NCBI GenBank assembly: GCA_001938485.1
Contig: MQRK01238503.1
Span: forward strand, 1 to 64,000
Origin: Girardia tigrina
Lineage: Eukaryota
Length of the DNA: 64,000 nucleotides
Reading direction: 5' to 3'
Shown here: positions 26,671 through 39,643 of the stretch, piece by piece
Layout of the letters: each line of letters starts with the position of its first letter
How positions within the stretch are numbered: the first letter of the stretch is position 1
The notes under the pieces: generated by a model
Told to the model about the DNA's origin: nothing
Database searches by the model: none
What the model saw: only the letters and a program-made list of their open reading frames with translations
Translations under genes and position numbers: made by a program

Positions 26671-27092
26671 TTCAAAAACTTGCATTTCTTTTATAACAAC
26701 CTAATAGTTTTATCAATTTATTGAAAAGAATGAACTCTTGTAAAATGTGATAATAACAGAAAGTAAAAAACGAATTCAGTGTTAATTTTTTCTCAAAAAA
26801 ATATGACTACTTTTAATATTTAATTAAACTTATTGCAATTAAAATTAATGAATATGTATAATAAAAAAACTTACCCATATAAAACAAATATAGAATGAGT
26901 ATAATACTGAGGGCGCAAACACATTGTTCTAAAATGATAAATATATTCATTAAAATAAATTAATTAAGTAATAATAAAAAAATAATTTATAAATCAACTC
27001 CTTGATTCATTTTTATAAATATTAAAACACGACACTGGTCTGCAAAACAAATTTTTTCAAAAGGCCAACGGTTTTTCAACAGATTCTAGTTA

Positions 27093-28428
27093 CGAGGGGC
27101 GTTCCGAAAGTAAGTGGAAAAAAGGGAGACTACACCACAAGAAACCATTTATTGAAGGAATACAATGCCATTCATCATCCTCATCACTGTCAAACTTTTC
27201 AAGATACTCACCAGAAATGCGAATGCACTTATTCCAACGCTTCACTAATGCCTTCATGTCACTGTCAAAGAATTCCTTTGGGGTATGCTGCATCCAATTG
27301 CGAACAGCCACTTTCATTTCTTCAACATCTGCGAAGTGTTTTCCACGGAGTGGTCTCTTTAACTCTCGGAACAGGTGGAAGTCGTTGGGAGCGAGATCAG
27401 GAGAGTAAGGGGGATGTGGCAAAAGTGTCCAACCCATCTGCTCCAGAGTGTTCAACGTCAGGTGGGCAATGTGTGGACGGGCATTGTCCTGTTGAATTAG
27501 AGGCTTGAGAGATAAGTTTCCTGGACGTTTGTTTTTCACCGCCCTTCGAAGATCAATCGACAAGAGATTGCTATAGTACTGGCTGTTTATAGTTACACCC
27601 TTCTGGAGATAATCTATTAGCACTATGCCTTCACAGTTACAAAAGACTGTAATCATGACCTTCCCGGCAAATGGAACTGTCTTTGCCTTCAATGGTGGTT
27701 TCTCTCCAGTTTAGCACCACTGTTTCGATTGCACCTTGGTCTCTGGTAAGTAGAAAGGAAGCCAAGTCTCATCCATAGTGATGATTCGCTTCCGGAACGA
27801 TTCACCAAGGTCCTCGCACATTTTCAGTAGCTGGCTGTATATAGTCACGAGGTTTCCTTTTTGCTCCACATTGAGAAGACTTGGCACCCATCTGGCTGTC
27901 AGCTTGCTCATATTCAGGTGCTGCGTAACAATTGCATGTACACGTGTTGCAGATAGACCTGTCATCTCCGCTAACTCGCGAATGGTAAGGCAGCGATTTG
28001 CATTGATGGTCTCCGACACTTTTTCCGCATTTTCTACCGTGCTCGTCGTTGCTGGACGTCCACTCCTGTCCTCGTCGTCCAAGGATTCACGTCCATTTTC
28101 GAATTGATGCACCAAATTGTAGACGGCAGACTTTGCAGGGCTCTTTCTTGAAACATATTTGATAAGCGGTGCATAATGTCAGCCACTTGAGTATCTTCTT
28201 TCCAAAGGAAAAAGATGATGGCACGCTGAGAACGTACTGCGTCTTCCATGTGTTAAACAAAAATGAAAACACTGCCTATGACAGTTTCCTCTATGCTGCT
28301 CACATGTTGCATGGACCAATGCCACTTTTGCTCGATTTCTATTGGCTGGTAAGTACATCACGCCATCTGTCTCTCTGTAAGATGCACACATGCACCCGTA
28401 TTTCCACTTACTTTCGGAACGCCCCTCG
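27093..28428 (-). mobile_element. Full-length mariner (irritans-like), transposase disrupted
   Basis: Perfect 28-bp TIRs CGAGGGGCGTTCCGAAAGTAAGTGGAAA, TA TSDs; ARWVP, TMDETW, QDNARPH, PPYSPDLAPND. Confidence 0.95.
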
Positions 28429-28729
28429 TAATTTAAGCACACAGATTTCAAATATCTCATTCATATATGCTTGATTGGCTAACATTTTCATTCCAAGCTT
28501 GTTTTGCAGTTTCAAAAATGTCATTTGCACTTCTTGTGCTTACCCCCCAAGAAGTTTAAAAGGACATGGTAGCTAATCCTCCATCGTCCTTAGTGACGAC
28601 TAATCCCAGGAGGGAAAGCAGATAGTGAAAACAAAATTATACTTATTTAATGAAAACAATAAAATCAACTGTCAGGAGTATAGATAGGATAACAAATAAT
28701 CATATAATTATATTAAGAGGGAATGAATG

Positions 28730-29130
28730 GTCTTTTAATGCCTTTCGAGCGTGTGAGGTAGTCGTAGATTCTTGCTTGAGACAGAAACAATAGTCAGCCA
28801 ACATGTTTATATCCCACCAACCCTAATATCTCTCTTCCATCACGTGAATGTTATGATGGAACATCTCACCCTGTTCCTCACTGACATAGCCGCAGTTTTC
28901 GGGAAAGTATTCTAAATGAAAGCCGAGGAACTGCATTTTAATAGACATACGAGAGCCAAGGGCATGAAAACTACTTAACAAATCCTCTAAGACTTTATCG
29001 AAGTTTATGATGATTGCTTTAAATGATAGCCACGAATTCTCCTTTCTGTTAAGACTCGTCGAATTTGACATCCTGCATTAATTCCTGAATCTGAGGCCCG
29101 TCAAATATACCATTTTTTAGCTTGGCCTAG
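28730..29130 (-). mobile_element. DNA transposase C-terminal remnant (Chapaev3-like)
   Basis: MSIKMQFLGFHLEYFPENCGYVSEEQGEMFHH...MEERY; family label from recalled motif only. Confidence 0.6.
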
Positions 29131-31104
29131 CTAACTCGTTTTTATATCCGCTGCACTCTGCGGAATTTAATTTGAATCTTTACTTAGACTGTTGTTTTAA
29201 ATATAAATTTAACGAATATTCGAACTTAACGAAACAATAGATTGTTAATCTAACAATTTTCAGTTCGTTAAATTTTAAGCGCAAAACCATACATATCAAG
29301 ATAAAAATCATTCTATCTTGAACTCTGGTCTTGCACTTTTCTTTTATACATAATTTTTGCACTTTTCATAAATCATACTTTATTTTAATTTAAATATAAA
29401 TAAATAATAATTTTGTTTTAAATTAAATAAGTAAAATAATAATAAATAATAATATTCTACTATTATTTGCTAATTATTTATTTTTTTATAAACATTTTTA
29501 CATTACCCAACACAAAAAAATAAATAAAAATAGTAAATAATATAATAATTGCCTGCTATATACCACGAATTTAGCTCACATTTCACACCAATATTTCATA
29601 TGAGAGCGCAAAGAAATACTGATTTAAATAATTTAGCAATAACTAGCACCTTAACAGATAAAAGAAATTCCAGTATTACATAATAATTAATTTTTTTTAA
29701 ATGTTTTATTTACATAATAAATGATTTTACTGTTTTCATTATAAAACATTAAAAACTGTGACCATAGAAAATCGGTAGCCAAATGAGTAAAATGAGGGTT
29801 ATATTCGGATTAAGCGTGCAAAATTTGTATAGAAACCACTAAAACTATTGTGTCTAGAAAATTGATGCAGACAAGTGTTATCAGTATGTATTTTTCCGTT
29901 ATTTTTTACATAAATTAATTATTATCTTTTATCTTTATGCATCATTTTCATTTTCGATAGTTGTATTGACATTGAAAGAACTTATGTGACTTCATTTTAT
30001 CTTTGATTTGCATTTGAAATTTCTAAAAACAAATGAATGGAAATTCCGGCATTCCTAAAATCAAAATTTATATCCATAACCTATCTCATGTTTGAAGGAG
30101 TTTTAAAAGATTTAAAGTTTTGATTCAAAGAAATCTATATGCATTTTAAACAAATTCCGATTTAAGTTTTTTTTATATTCCATTTCAACTGAGAACTCGA
30201 AAGCACAAGACTGATAACCTAATTTTATAAAAGGCTAAGTGATATTTAAATATGTTAATCAGTTAAAATTTTGTCAATTGGAAAAGTATTTTATAAATAA
30301 GAATATCAAAAGTAGCTATGGATTTAGTAAAAAAAACTTTAATATATTACAAAACTTTTCATAAACGTTAATTTTAAGAACGAAAGAAATTTAGTATAAG
30401 TACAAGTAAGAATTCGGATAAATCAGGCTCCGAATTCAGAAGTCTTTAAATAATTATATGTTTACAGAAGGAAAATTTATGAGATGTTTGAAAGTAAAAA
30501 AAAGTAAGATGAGTGTGATTGCTAGAACAATGAATTCATATTCTACGAGTAGTGTTGCATGAGAAAATATACCCTAGAACAATATTTGTATTGATATAAT
30601 CGACTTGAAACTTGATAACTTTCGTTCTTTTTGTTAAGAAAGCTAGAACATCCATATGAAGGGTTTCGAACTTTCTTTAACTACTTATACAGAGTATGAT
30701 AACTAAATTATTGGATTAACAAAATTTATTTAAATGACAACGGAAGGTGAAAAAAAGTTAGGCGGTTAGATCACAGAAACAGAAAATTAGATCTATAGGA
30801 GCAATAAACTACTAATTATACTAACTGTTTCTTAATACAGAAGTAAAAAAATCAAAGACCAAAAGTTTTTAGCTCTTTGAAATAGATTAGTTTGAATTAT
30901 GGATCCAGTGAACAAATTTACAGGATCTTGATTAAATGGGTTATATAATGATAGGACGGATTTGGCGACATCACAAAAATCTTAGATCGCCCTCTCGTAG
31001 CAAATTTAGATATTTATAGTTGAAAATACGGTTTTTCGTATTGGTTTCAGAAAATATTTTGAATCGGATAATTTTGACACCAAATTGTTAGAATTAGTGA
31101 TAAC

Positions 31105-31815
31105 TAGGGCTAGCAATCTCGGGATCCCGGACAATATTTCAATTCCTAAATTTAAATGTTAGGGATCCCGGGATTTCTGGATTTCAGGAAATTTTTTTCC
31201 ATAAAGATAAAAAATTATAAAAAATGGATTTCTTTTTAAATTCGAATTTTTAACAAAATCAAGACGTTTTTTAAAAAAAAATGCTTATACGTCTCAATAC
31301 CTATCTACAGGAAAATATCATCAGCAAAGACATCATCGAGACTGAAATAAATCAGACAATTCCTCAGATTTCGATTGAAGCGAGATTGAAAGAAACTATC
31401 TTGATTTCAACGAAGCCAAAAACAACGATTGTAGAATCTGATTTGATGGGTCTCATTGATGAGGAGCTTATCATTGCAGAACAAGTTGGGAAAAGAGGAT
31501 ATTTTATAGACTTGTGAAATATGTTTATATTGTGTTGCGTTTCTTGTATGTGTTGGTAACTTAAATGTTTTCTTGAATAAATGTTTTTCATTTAATTTAT
31601 GATGTTGTGTTTATAATAAATGTATTTAAATTAAATTTATTACTGAATAAGTGTTATTAGTCTTAAGAAAAAATGGCAGTTTGATTAGTGGGTGTCCGAT
31701 AGTCTAAACTGGTATATGAAATGAAAACCAGGTATAAATATATCAATCCCAGGATTACAAAAAATAAAATCCCGTCATCTCGGGATTGTGAAATTGACCG
31801 GGATTGCCAGCCTTA
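31105..31815. mobile_element. hAT-type non-autonomous element
   Basis: Termini TAGGGCTAGCAATC / GATTGCCAGCCTTA, subterminal ATCCCGGGAT repeats, 8-bp TSD GTGATAAC/GTGACAAC. Confidence 0.85.
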
Positions 31816-33061
31816 GTGACAACCGTTAAAAACAGTTGAAAATTTTTGAAAAATGTTGAAGATCAACGTATGTGTAATAAATCTAGAGATTTATTAGTAT
31901 TAGACTGGAGTTATTTGAAAATTTTTGCTTGAACTATTTTGATCCAGCTGTACTTGAGAAATAATTCCACGGTAAATAATTACTGCTTTTTAATTTCTTG
32001 TCCGATTCTGTTTGTTGATTTTTCTATTTTCATACATTATTAACATTAACATAAAAAATTTACAATAAAATATTAACATTAAATATTTATTGTATTATTT
32101 TAATATTGTTATTATATTTATTCTACATTCACTGGAGCTGCCGCTTAAGGTAAGGTCCTTCAGTAAGAAAAATGGAAGACATCATATAAATATGTATATA
32201 AATATATGTATTAAAAAATGAAATAAATAAAGTATATATAATTTTAATATAAATACTACACTTTTGATTTTGATTTCACAAGGATAATATTTAATTGTCA
32301 ACATAAACGTTGTCTTCTTCAATTTTACTTAATCGCGCGTTTATTTATTTATAGTTTCAGTTTGGCGGTATTTTAATACAATGAAAATAATTTCATATAT
32401 TTGATCTAAATGATCAGCTGACCGATATTATTCGTTCAATAATTATTTTTCATTTAGCTTATAAATCATAATTTTTTCTCAACTCGAACAGAATTAAATT
32501 TTATATCTTTGATGTTTTATACAATATTATCTTCATTTTGGCTATATTTAGAATTTGTTTAATTTGGTTAGCATATTTATTCATTTGCATTTTTGCTTGA
32601 TTTCGATTCTCCATGAGAGACATCGTTCGTATTTAAATAACGTGTACTGGAAATATTTATTTCTAGTTCAAAATTTAAAGTCATTTGTCTTGAAAAAGAA
32701 AATTTTAATTAAGAAATATAAATAACAGTTTTACTTTCATTATTAATTTGATGATTCAGTAAATTTAAACGTTTGATTGACTCCTATATGATCTTATTAT
32801 TGTCACTTGACTTTCTGATTGCTTTCCTAGATGTCATCGTGTTTATCAGAATGATCACTACCAACGCGAGTCTGATCGTATCTGTTGATCTTAGGTAGCA
32901 TCTTGGAAAGAAAAATTAATATTTCGTACAAAGCATTTCGACAAATGAAATGTTCTTAAACTTTTAAATTCTTCAAAACGTTTCTGCTGCTTTAGAATAA
33001 TAAATATTTAAATAAAAGTTTATTTATTACTTTTCCCTTCATCAATTATGTTAATATTATT

Positions 33062-33548
33062 TGTTAGAATCTTGACGAACGATAAAATTTTCAAATTTAA
33101 TATTTAAATAATAAAATATTTCCAAATATTTTTAATATTAAATTTTTCAAAAATAAAATTTACAGTCAAATAATTTTTAAAAGTTATTGCAAAATCTTAT
33201 TGTTAATTAAAATACTTTTTAATACTTCATTCTTTAAAAATATTTCCCAAGATTTTTTATATTGTATTTTTTTTGTAAAAATAAAATTCAGTCAATTAAT
33301 TTAAACTTTACACAAAATATTATTTCCAATTAAACAATTTTTAAAACATTATATTATTCTCGGTATTTAAATTCCTGGTTTAATTTGAAACTTTATTATT
33401 TTGGAAAGATTTTTGTTTAAGATTTTTAAAATTTGGTCTTTAATAATTTCTATTTTAATTTGATTTTTTGTCAACGGATTTTAATTTATCATATATAAAT
33501 ATTTAGATATTAAATTCAAAAATTTTATCGTTCGCCAAGATTCTAACA
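33062..33548. mobile_element. MITE with ~45-50-bp TIRs
   Basis: TGTTAGAATCTTGACGAACGATAAAATTTT / AAAATTTTATCGTTCGCCAAGATTCTAACA; ATATTATT on both flanks. Confidence 0.85.
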
Positions 33549-34751
33549 ATATTATTTAATGTTATTTTTATTAAAAATAAGCTCTTTTTGCTTACATTAT
33601 CCCAGAAAAACAATTAGTATGACACTTTAGGAGACAATGTATTTAATAAGGAATTGTTAGTTTGATCAGCTTATAATTCAGTAAATGCATATTGTGTTAT
33701 AATTATTTAAGATTTATTGACATTTGATAAAATGTCGAGGGAACCTGAAGGATCTTAAAAGAAGCAATTATTTAGATTTACAAATCATCTGAAATATTCG
33801 ATTTTATTAAAAGGGTCACTTAATAACCTCACTGAAAAAATGTCTGATATATTGACGAAACTACTGTACTGTTAAGAGGTCCAAAGTGCACAGCGTGAAA
33901 GGGACGTAATGATAAAAAATCAATATCAAGTACAATATCCATTCAAGCGAATAATTTATTAATAATTTATTATTAAAACTAAACAGAAAAAGTGAGAAAA
34001 TCATAAACGATAAAAGATAATAATAGTTCGAAAATATGTTACTGTTAGAATAATGTTAAATTGTGATATTGTTTTGAATGATTATGCGGTGAAATAAATA
34101 AATTTGTTTTTAAATTAAAAGATAAATAAAAAATAATTGAATGAAATTTAACACTGACGGTCGTGTCGTCTACAGTTATCGGCTGCAGACGAAATCACAG
34201 TGGAAAATTAAATTAGAAAAACGAATGATCACAGACGAACGAGACAAGTTTTAGTTAAAAATTTAGATTTCGTATCAAGGAGAGACCTACAGCAGAAAAC
34301 GTATATTTGCTTGCGACTGCCAATGTGTTAAAATGTACTTAAATAAAAAGGTATTTACTAAATTAATAAATTACATTTGACGATTTCGATTTATGATTAA
34401 AAACTTCATAGTTGAGAACACTTGAAATTTATAAATCACGTGTTGCGGGGATAAAGGCTAACAATATTAAGAACAAGTCTTAAATTATGATACGAAAAAT
34501 AATGATTATTATTATTATATTTATTATAATTATTACTATTTTTATTATTATTATTATTAGAATTGGATTATGATTTCTATTGTAGCCTCACTACATATAG
34601 GGTATATCAAGTAAATTCTGCTTTAAGAATTTCCGGTGATTCCTTTTTCGAAAAGCAAGATTCGGCCTTCCGAAAAAAATCATACAGCCAAACCTCTTTA
34701 TTAATCACCTTCCAAAATTTACCTTATTTTCTTTGCATATCACGCTGTTTT

Positions 34752-35808
34752 CAGTAGAACACCTCTATTATTTACCAAACCTCTATAATTTACCAATATT
34801 TAAAATTAATCTGATATAGTAACTTTATATATTAAACTTGACTTCTGAAATTTAATTTGTTTTTAAAATTTGTTCTTATTTTTGATCAAATTGTTTAAAT
34901 ATTAATTTTATAGATTCCCATAGAGAAGAAGTACAATTTATCTAAATTTATCTACAATTTTATTAATTTGAGAATACAATATTCAAAATGTCACCAAAAG
35001 AAATCGCTCATAAACGGTAAAAAACCGGTGAAAATTAGAAATTATTATGTATGCAAAGGAAAACAAAACTACATCACATACAAGAATAACAGAAATATTT
35101 TCTGAGACATTTGGGAAAAAAATTGCAAGAAGATACATTAAATTATTTAAAATCCGATAAAAATATAAGAAATGCAGTTTAAAACAACAAAAATGAGTTA
35201 AATATCACAATACAATTGAAATACGAAGAGATTGAGAAAATTTTAATTTCTTGGATTGAAATAATAAAAGAAGGACTTTATAATGAGGTTTTAAAGGAAA
35301 AAAGCATTGCAATTAAATTTACCCGAGTTTAAGGCATCAAATTGGTGGATAGATAAGTTTAAGAAGCGAAATGGAATTAATCAAAATTTATTTGTGAAGA
35401 ATCCGGATTAGTCAAAAAAGAGGATTACAATGAATTTTATGAAAATATAAATATGAAAAATTAACACCATTGGTTATTGGAAAATATAAACACCCAATAG
35501 CTTTAAAAAATTTGGATTTTAAGAATTTTTGTCCGTATTAAAATAAGGAAACTGGATGATGACTAAAGTTATTTTCAATTGGTGGCTATTACATTTTGAT
35601 GAAAAAAAATGATAAAGTTAAAAAGAAATATATTGTTAATTTTTGACAATTGCCCATTTCAAAAACTGGCATATACACTAAAATACATAAAAATTATACT
35701 TTTACCAAACAATTCTATTTATATTACATAACCAATAATACTTCTATAATTTACCACCTCCCGAATTTTTCGAATCCCGGAAATTGGCAAATTACTGAGG
35801 GTTGACTG
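34752..35808 (+). mobile_element. Decayed pogo/Tigger element
   Basis: CAGT...ACTG termini, TA on the right; FKASNWWIDKFKKRNGI (CENP-B HTH), LIFDNCP, IILLPNN. Confidence 0.8.
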
Positions 35809-36405
35809 TACATGGTTTTCTTAAATTTCTAATTCTGATTCTCACAAAAAAATGAAATTCAACCACAGAAATGTGAAATCTGATTTCAGTAATTGACTGA
35901 GAGTTGACTCGACCTGTTGATCTTCTAGAGAATGCAGTGGTCTTGATTTTTATATTATATTTGCCTTCCCGCAATTTCGGTAGACTGACGGTGGCTTTAT
36001 TTTTTGAATCTCGAAAATTAATACTGCTGGTTTTATGAAAGTTACCTTTTGATTATCAATAACGTATTAAAAAGTTTAGATTTAAGTTTGATTTTATTGG
36101 ATTTTAGTTTGAATTTTCAGTTAAGTTTGGTAAAAATTATTTGTTTTTCTTTTCTCGTAAATTCTCTTAGTAAGCTTTAGTTTCTAATCTTTAGAAGACA
36201 TCTAAAAAATGAATGATTGGTTTAATTTAAAATATTCAAAATTAATTGAGGTATTCATCGTCCACTGTTCGTTTTTGACTTCTTAATTTTATTAAATTAA
36301 ATTAAATTTTAAATTAAATTATTATTAAATTTTTGTTTAAGAAGGCTAATTTTAAAATTGATGATTTATTCTTTGCAAAACTGCAACGCTACACTTTGGA
36401 AAATC

Positions 36406-37502
36406 ATGGAAAATTTTGAAATTCCTGTTCTTTTACGCCATTACTGGAAACAGGGCTTAAACGCAACTGCAGCAACAAAGAAGATATGAGAAGTTTAAAG
36501 TGATAATGTGGTCTCAAATCGTACTACACACAATTGGTTCAAAAGGTTCAATGTAGGCGACATTGACCTCGGAGACAGTGCACGTTCAGGCCGACCTATC
36601 ACCGTAGATTCCGGAGCAATTCGTGAAGCCGTCGAGACAAATCCGTCAATAAGTACTCGCAGATTGTCGGCCGAACTCGATATTCTTCAAACATCCATTG
36701 TATGACACCTTCATGCTCTTGGCAGGGTCAATAGACGACGTCGAGAAGTGCCTCATGAATTGACACAAATTCAAGCCGAAAAGCGTTTCGAAACTTGTCG
36801 AAAATTGCTTGAAAATCCGCGCGATGACTGTTTCATCCGTCGAATTGTAACTTGCAATGACAAGTAGGTTTACTTCAGTAATCCAGACCAACAAAATCAA
36901 TGGTTGGACACCGGAAAAATATCTAAACCGGTATCGAAACGAGATCGTTTCTCAAGGAAGGTACTTTTGTGTGTTCGGTGGAATTTCGAAGGCGTGATCT
37001 ACTTCGAGCTGGTTCCAAATGGTCGTACCATCGACGCTGACCTTTACAGCGCCCAACTTGATCGAATGTATGCGGCACTTGGCCAGAAATACCCCGCTTT
37101 GATCAATCGAAAGGGAGTTCTACAACAGGTCAATGCAAAACCGCACACCGCCAAACAAACAAAGGAAAAAATCAAAAATCTTGACGCCTTTGAACTTCTT
37201 CCACACCCAGCGTATAGTCAGGATCTTCCGCCATCCGACTATCACCTTTTCTGCTCTATGATACACTTTCTTCGTGGTCGCAGCTTCAATAATCTGGCCG
37301 AGGTCGAAAACGGGTGTCACCAGTTCTTCGCTTCTAAGAACAAGGATTGGTACCGCAGCGGGATCGCACAACTTGCCCATAGATGGGTTCAAGCTATAGA
37401 TTCAAATGGCCTTTACTTTGAAGCTTAAATGTTTTTTATTTGTTGTAAAATTATGTTGAAATTTTTAATAAAAAATACGAGAAGACTTTTGGTTCACCCT
37501 AA
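36406..37502 (+). mobile_element. mariner transposon, transposase with stops and frameshifts
   Basis: WFKRF...RSGRP, VPHELT, HPAYSQDLPPSDYHLF, GLYFE; right TIR at ~37482-37502. Confidence 0.9.
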
Positions 37503-38161
37503 TAACTACATACTCAACAAATTTCAATCAACATACAATGATTATCAGACAAACTTCTCCCAGTCCCAAAAACAATTTGAATAAAAGAATTGATAACCAT
37601 ATAAGTGCTCTTAATACATAAGTTAAAAATAAATATTACTTAAGAAAATTCAGGATACAAAATTAAAAAGAGAATAAATAAAAAACATACACTTGCTCTT
37701 TTTGATTCTCAATTGTTATTGTACCAGAATATCTGACCTTGGAATGGGATCGCATCGAGATTGGTTTTTCAAGACTTGTATTGAATACAGTGAAGGATTT
37801 TTCATTCATTGTAAAATCCACAGACAACAGACCAAGATCAATTGGAAGAAAATTGGTATTATTTAAATAAAAAACATCCTGTAAGAATAAAGTTTGGCTA
37901 ATTATATAATGAAAATTGAAGGTTTGTAATAATTAATTAATTCATAAATACAATTGTGACATTATAATGTATATTTACACTAAAAAGTAATTAATTAATC
38001 AATTAATCTTCCTTCGAGGAAGAAAAAAATAAAAATCAATTAATTTACGGACAGAACTTCCACAAATACAAAATAATAATAATTTATCAATATTAATGAA
38101 CTTTCTTAAACCCCTAACAGTGAAAAAGTTGCACAAATGATCCAAATATTTATCCATTATA

Positions 38162-38838
38162 TTAGGTGTATGCAAAAGTTCGTTCCGTTTTTATACAAAT
38201 TTGTAAGTCAAAAAATAACATAAAACAGAATTCTCATAGCAAACTCACGACTTATCTCCTGTTACCATCTGACGGAGGAAACTCTCTTTCTTTCATCTAG
38301 CAGGAAATGATACGCATGCTGCAATGCGACTATTCATGTTCTAATCTGTAAGCTTGTGAGGAACCCATTCTCAGCTTTTCATATCTTTCTGACCTCTTTC
38401 AAGTACCGAGATATGAATGTCTTATCTATATCAAGTAAACTATCCAGGAAGTCATTTATCAGCTTTTTGGGTCTTCCTTCTCTTAGTTATCACTCAGCTC
38501 GAAACTGTCATCACGGAACCTCACAAACTACTTCTGACATGTTCTCTCAAATATTTCTTCATTTACATAAATGGTACTAATCTTACTAACTGCTTCAGAT
38601 GAATGTTTTCCTTCGCAGAATTTCAAAAGCATTATGAGGGTTATGAATATTATCGAAATTCATCTCAAAATACGTTCAATTAAAATGTCTAGATTGAAAA
38701 AGTCCAATAAAATAAAAACTAAATTAAACTAATTGAAAACTAAAACAATATTTTAAACATAGAAATTGGATTATAAAATATATTTAGTTATACTATTTGA
38801 TTATAAAATGAGTGACCCGAACTTTTGCATACACCTAA
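38162..38838. mobile_element. mariner-derived non-autonomous element
   Basis: TIRs TTAGGTGTATGCAAAAGTTCG / CGAACTTTTGCATACACCTAA. Confidence 0.85.
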
Positions 38839-39643
38839 TCGTTTCTTCTTCCGAGATTTATTTGTTTCTCGCATGTATCTACATTTAATAATTTTACATC
38901 ACATAACTATGAGTTGATACATTTGGAATTTCTGACCTAAGTAAGCTTAACTATTTTAATCGAATAATTTCAAATTTTGGAAAAGTTTAGATTAAAATTA
39001 AATCGAACTTCTTTTAAATTCCTCTGTCTTCTATAAGCATTGTTGATGTTATTTATTCATAACATGTTTAATTTTGTGAAGAAGCCAAAGAAGAAACACG
39101 TTATGGTCTATTACTGTTTTATTTGATATTTGAATTAAATTTAAAACTTGTTTAAAACCAATAAAAACTTCGATTAACCGACATCACGGGGACTGAATGC
39201 GGCGTCCCTTAAGCGTATCGTCGGATGACAGAAATACCTTTATTATAATTATACGTAATGATTTTATTATTGAGAAGAATAATCTGTTATTTTCTTCCGT
39301 TTATATTGAGCACAAGCTTTCTACATAGATTAGATTTTTGTTGCGTTTTCAGCTACACAATGCCCTTAAAGAGCATTCTTTAGGCCTCAGAATGGCTACA
39401 ACAATAGCTACGTATAATATTGATGATGACTCCATCGGTGTCTGTTCGTATTTTTCTTTCACTTTACCATTGGTAATCAGAATCAGTCGTTTAAAAGAGT
39501 GCTGGTTAATCAAAGTTTTACGGTACTGAATGAAAATTCTTAGAAGAGAGAAAGTCCAGATAAAATTTTTACCACAGACATATTACTTATTAGGAATTAA
39601 GAAAGGTTGTTAAAATTAATAATGAAAAATTAAACAAGTATTT

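Noticed and set aside
33600-33870. Possible Copia RNase H remnant (MSDILTKL)
   Set aside because: Too degenerate to support beyond one short motif
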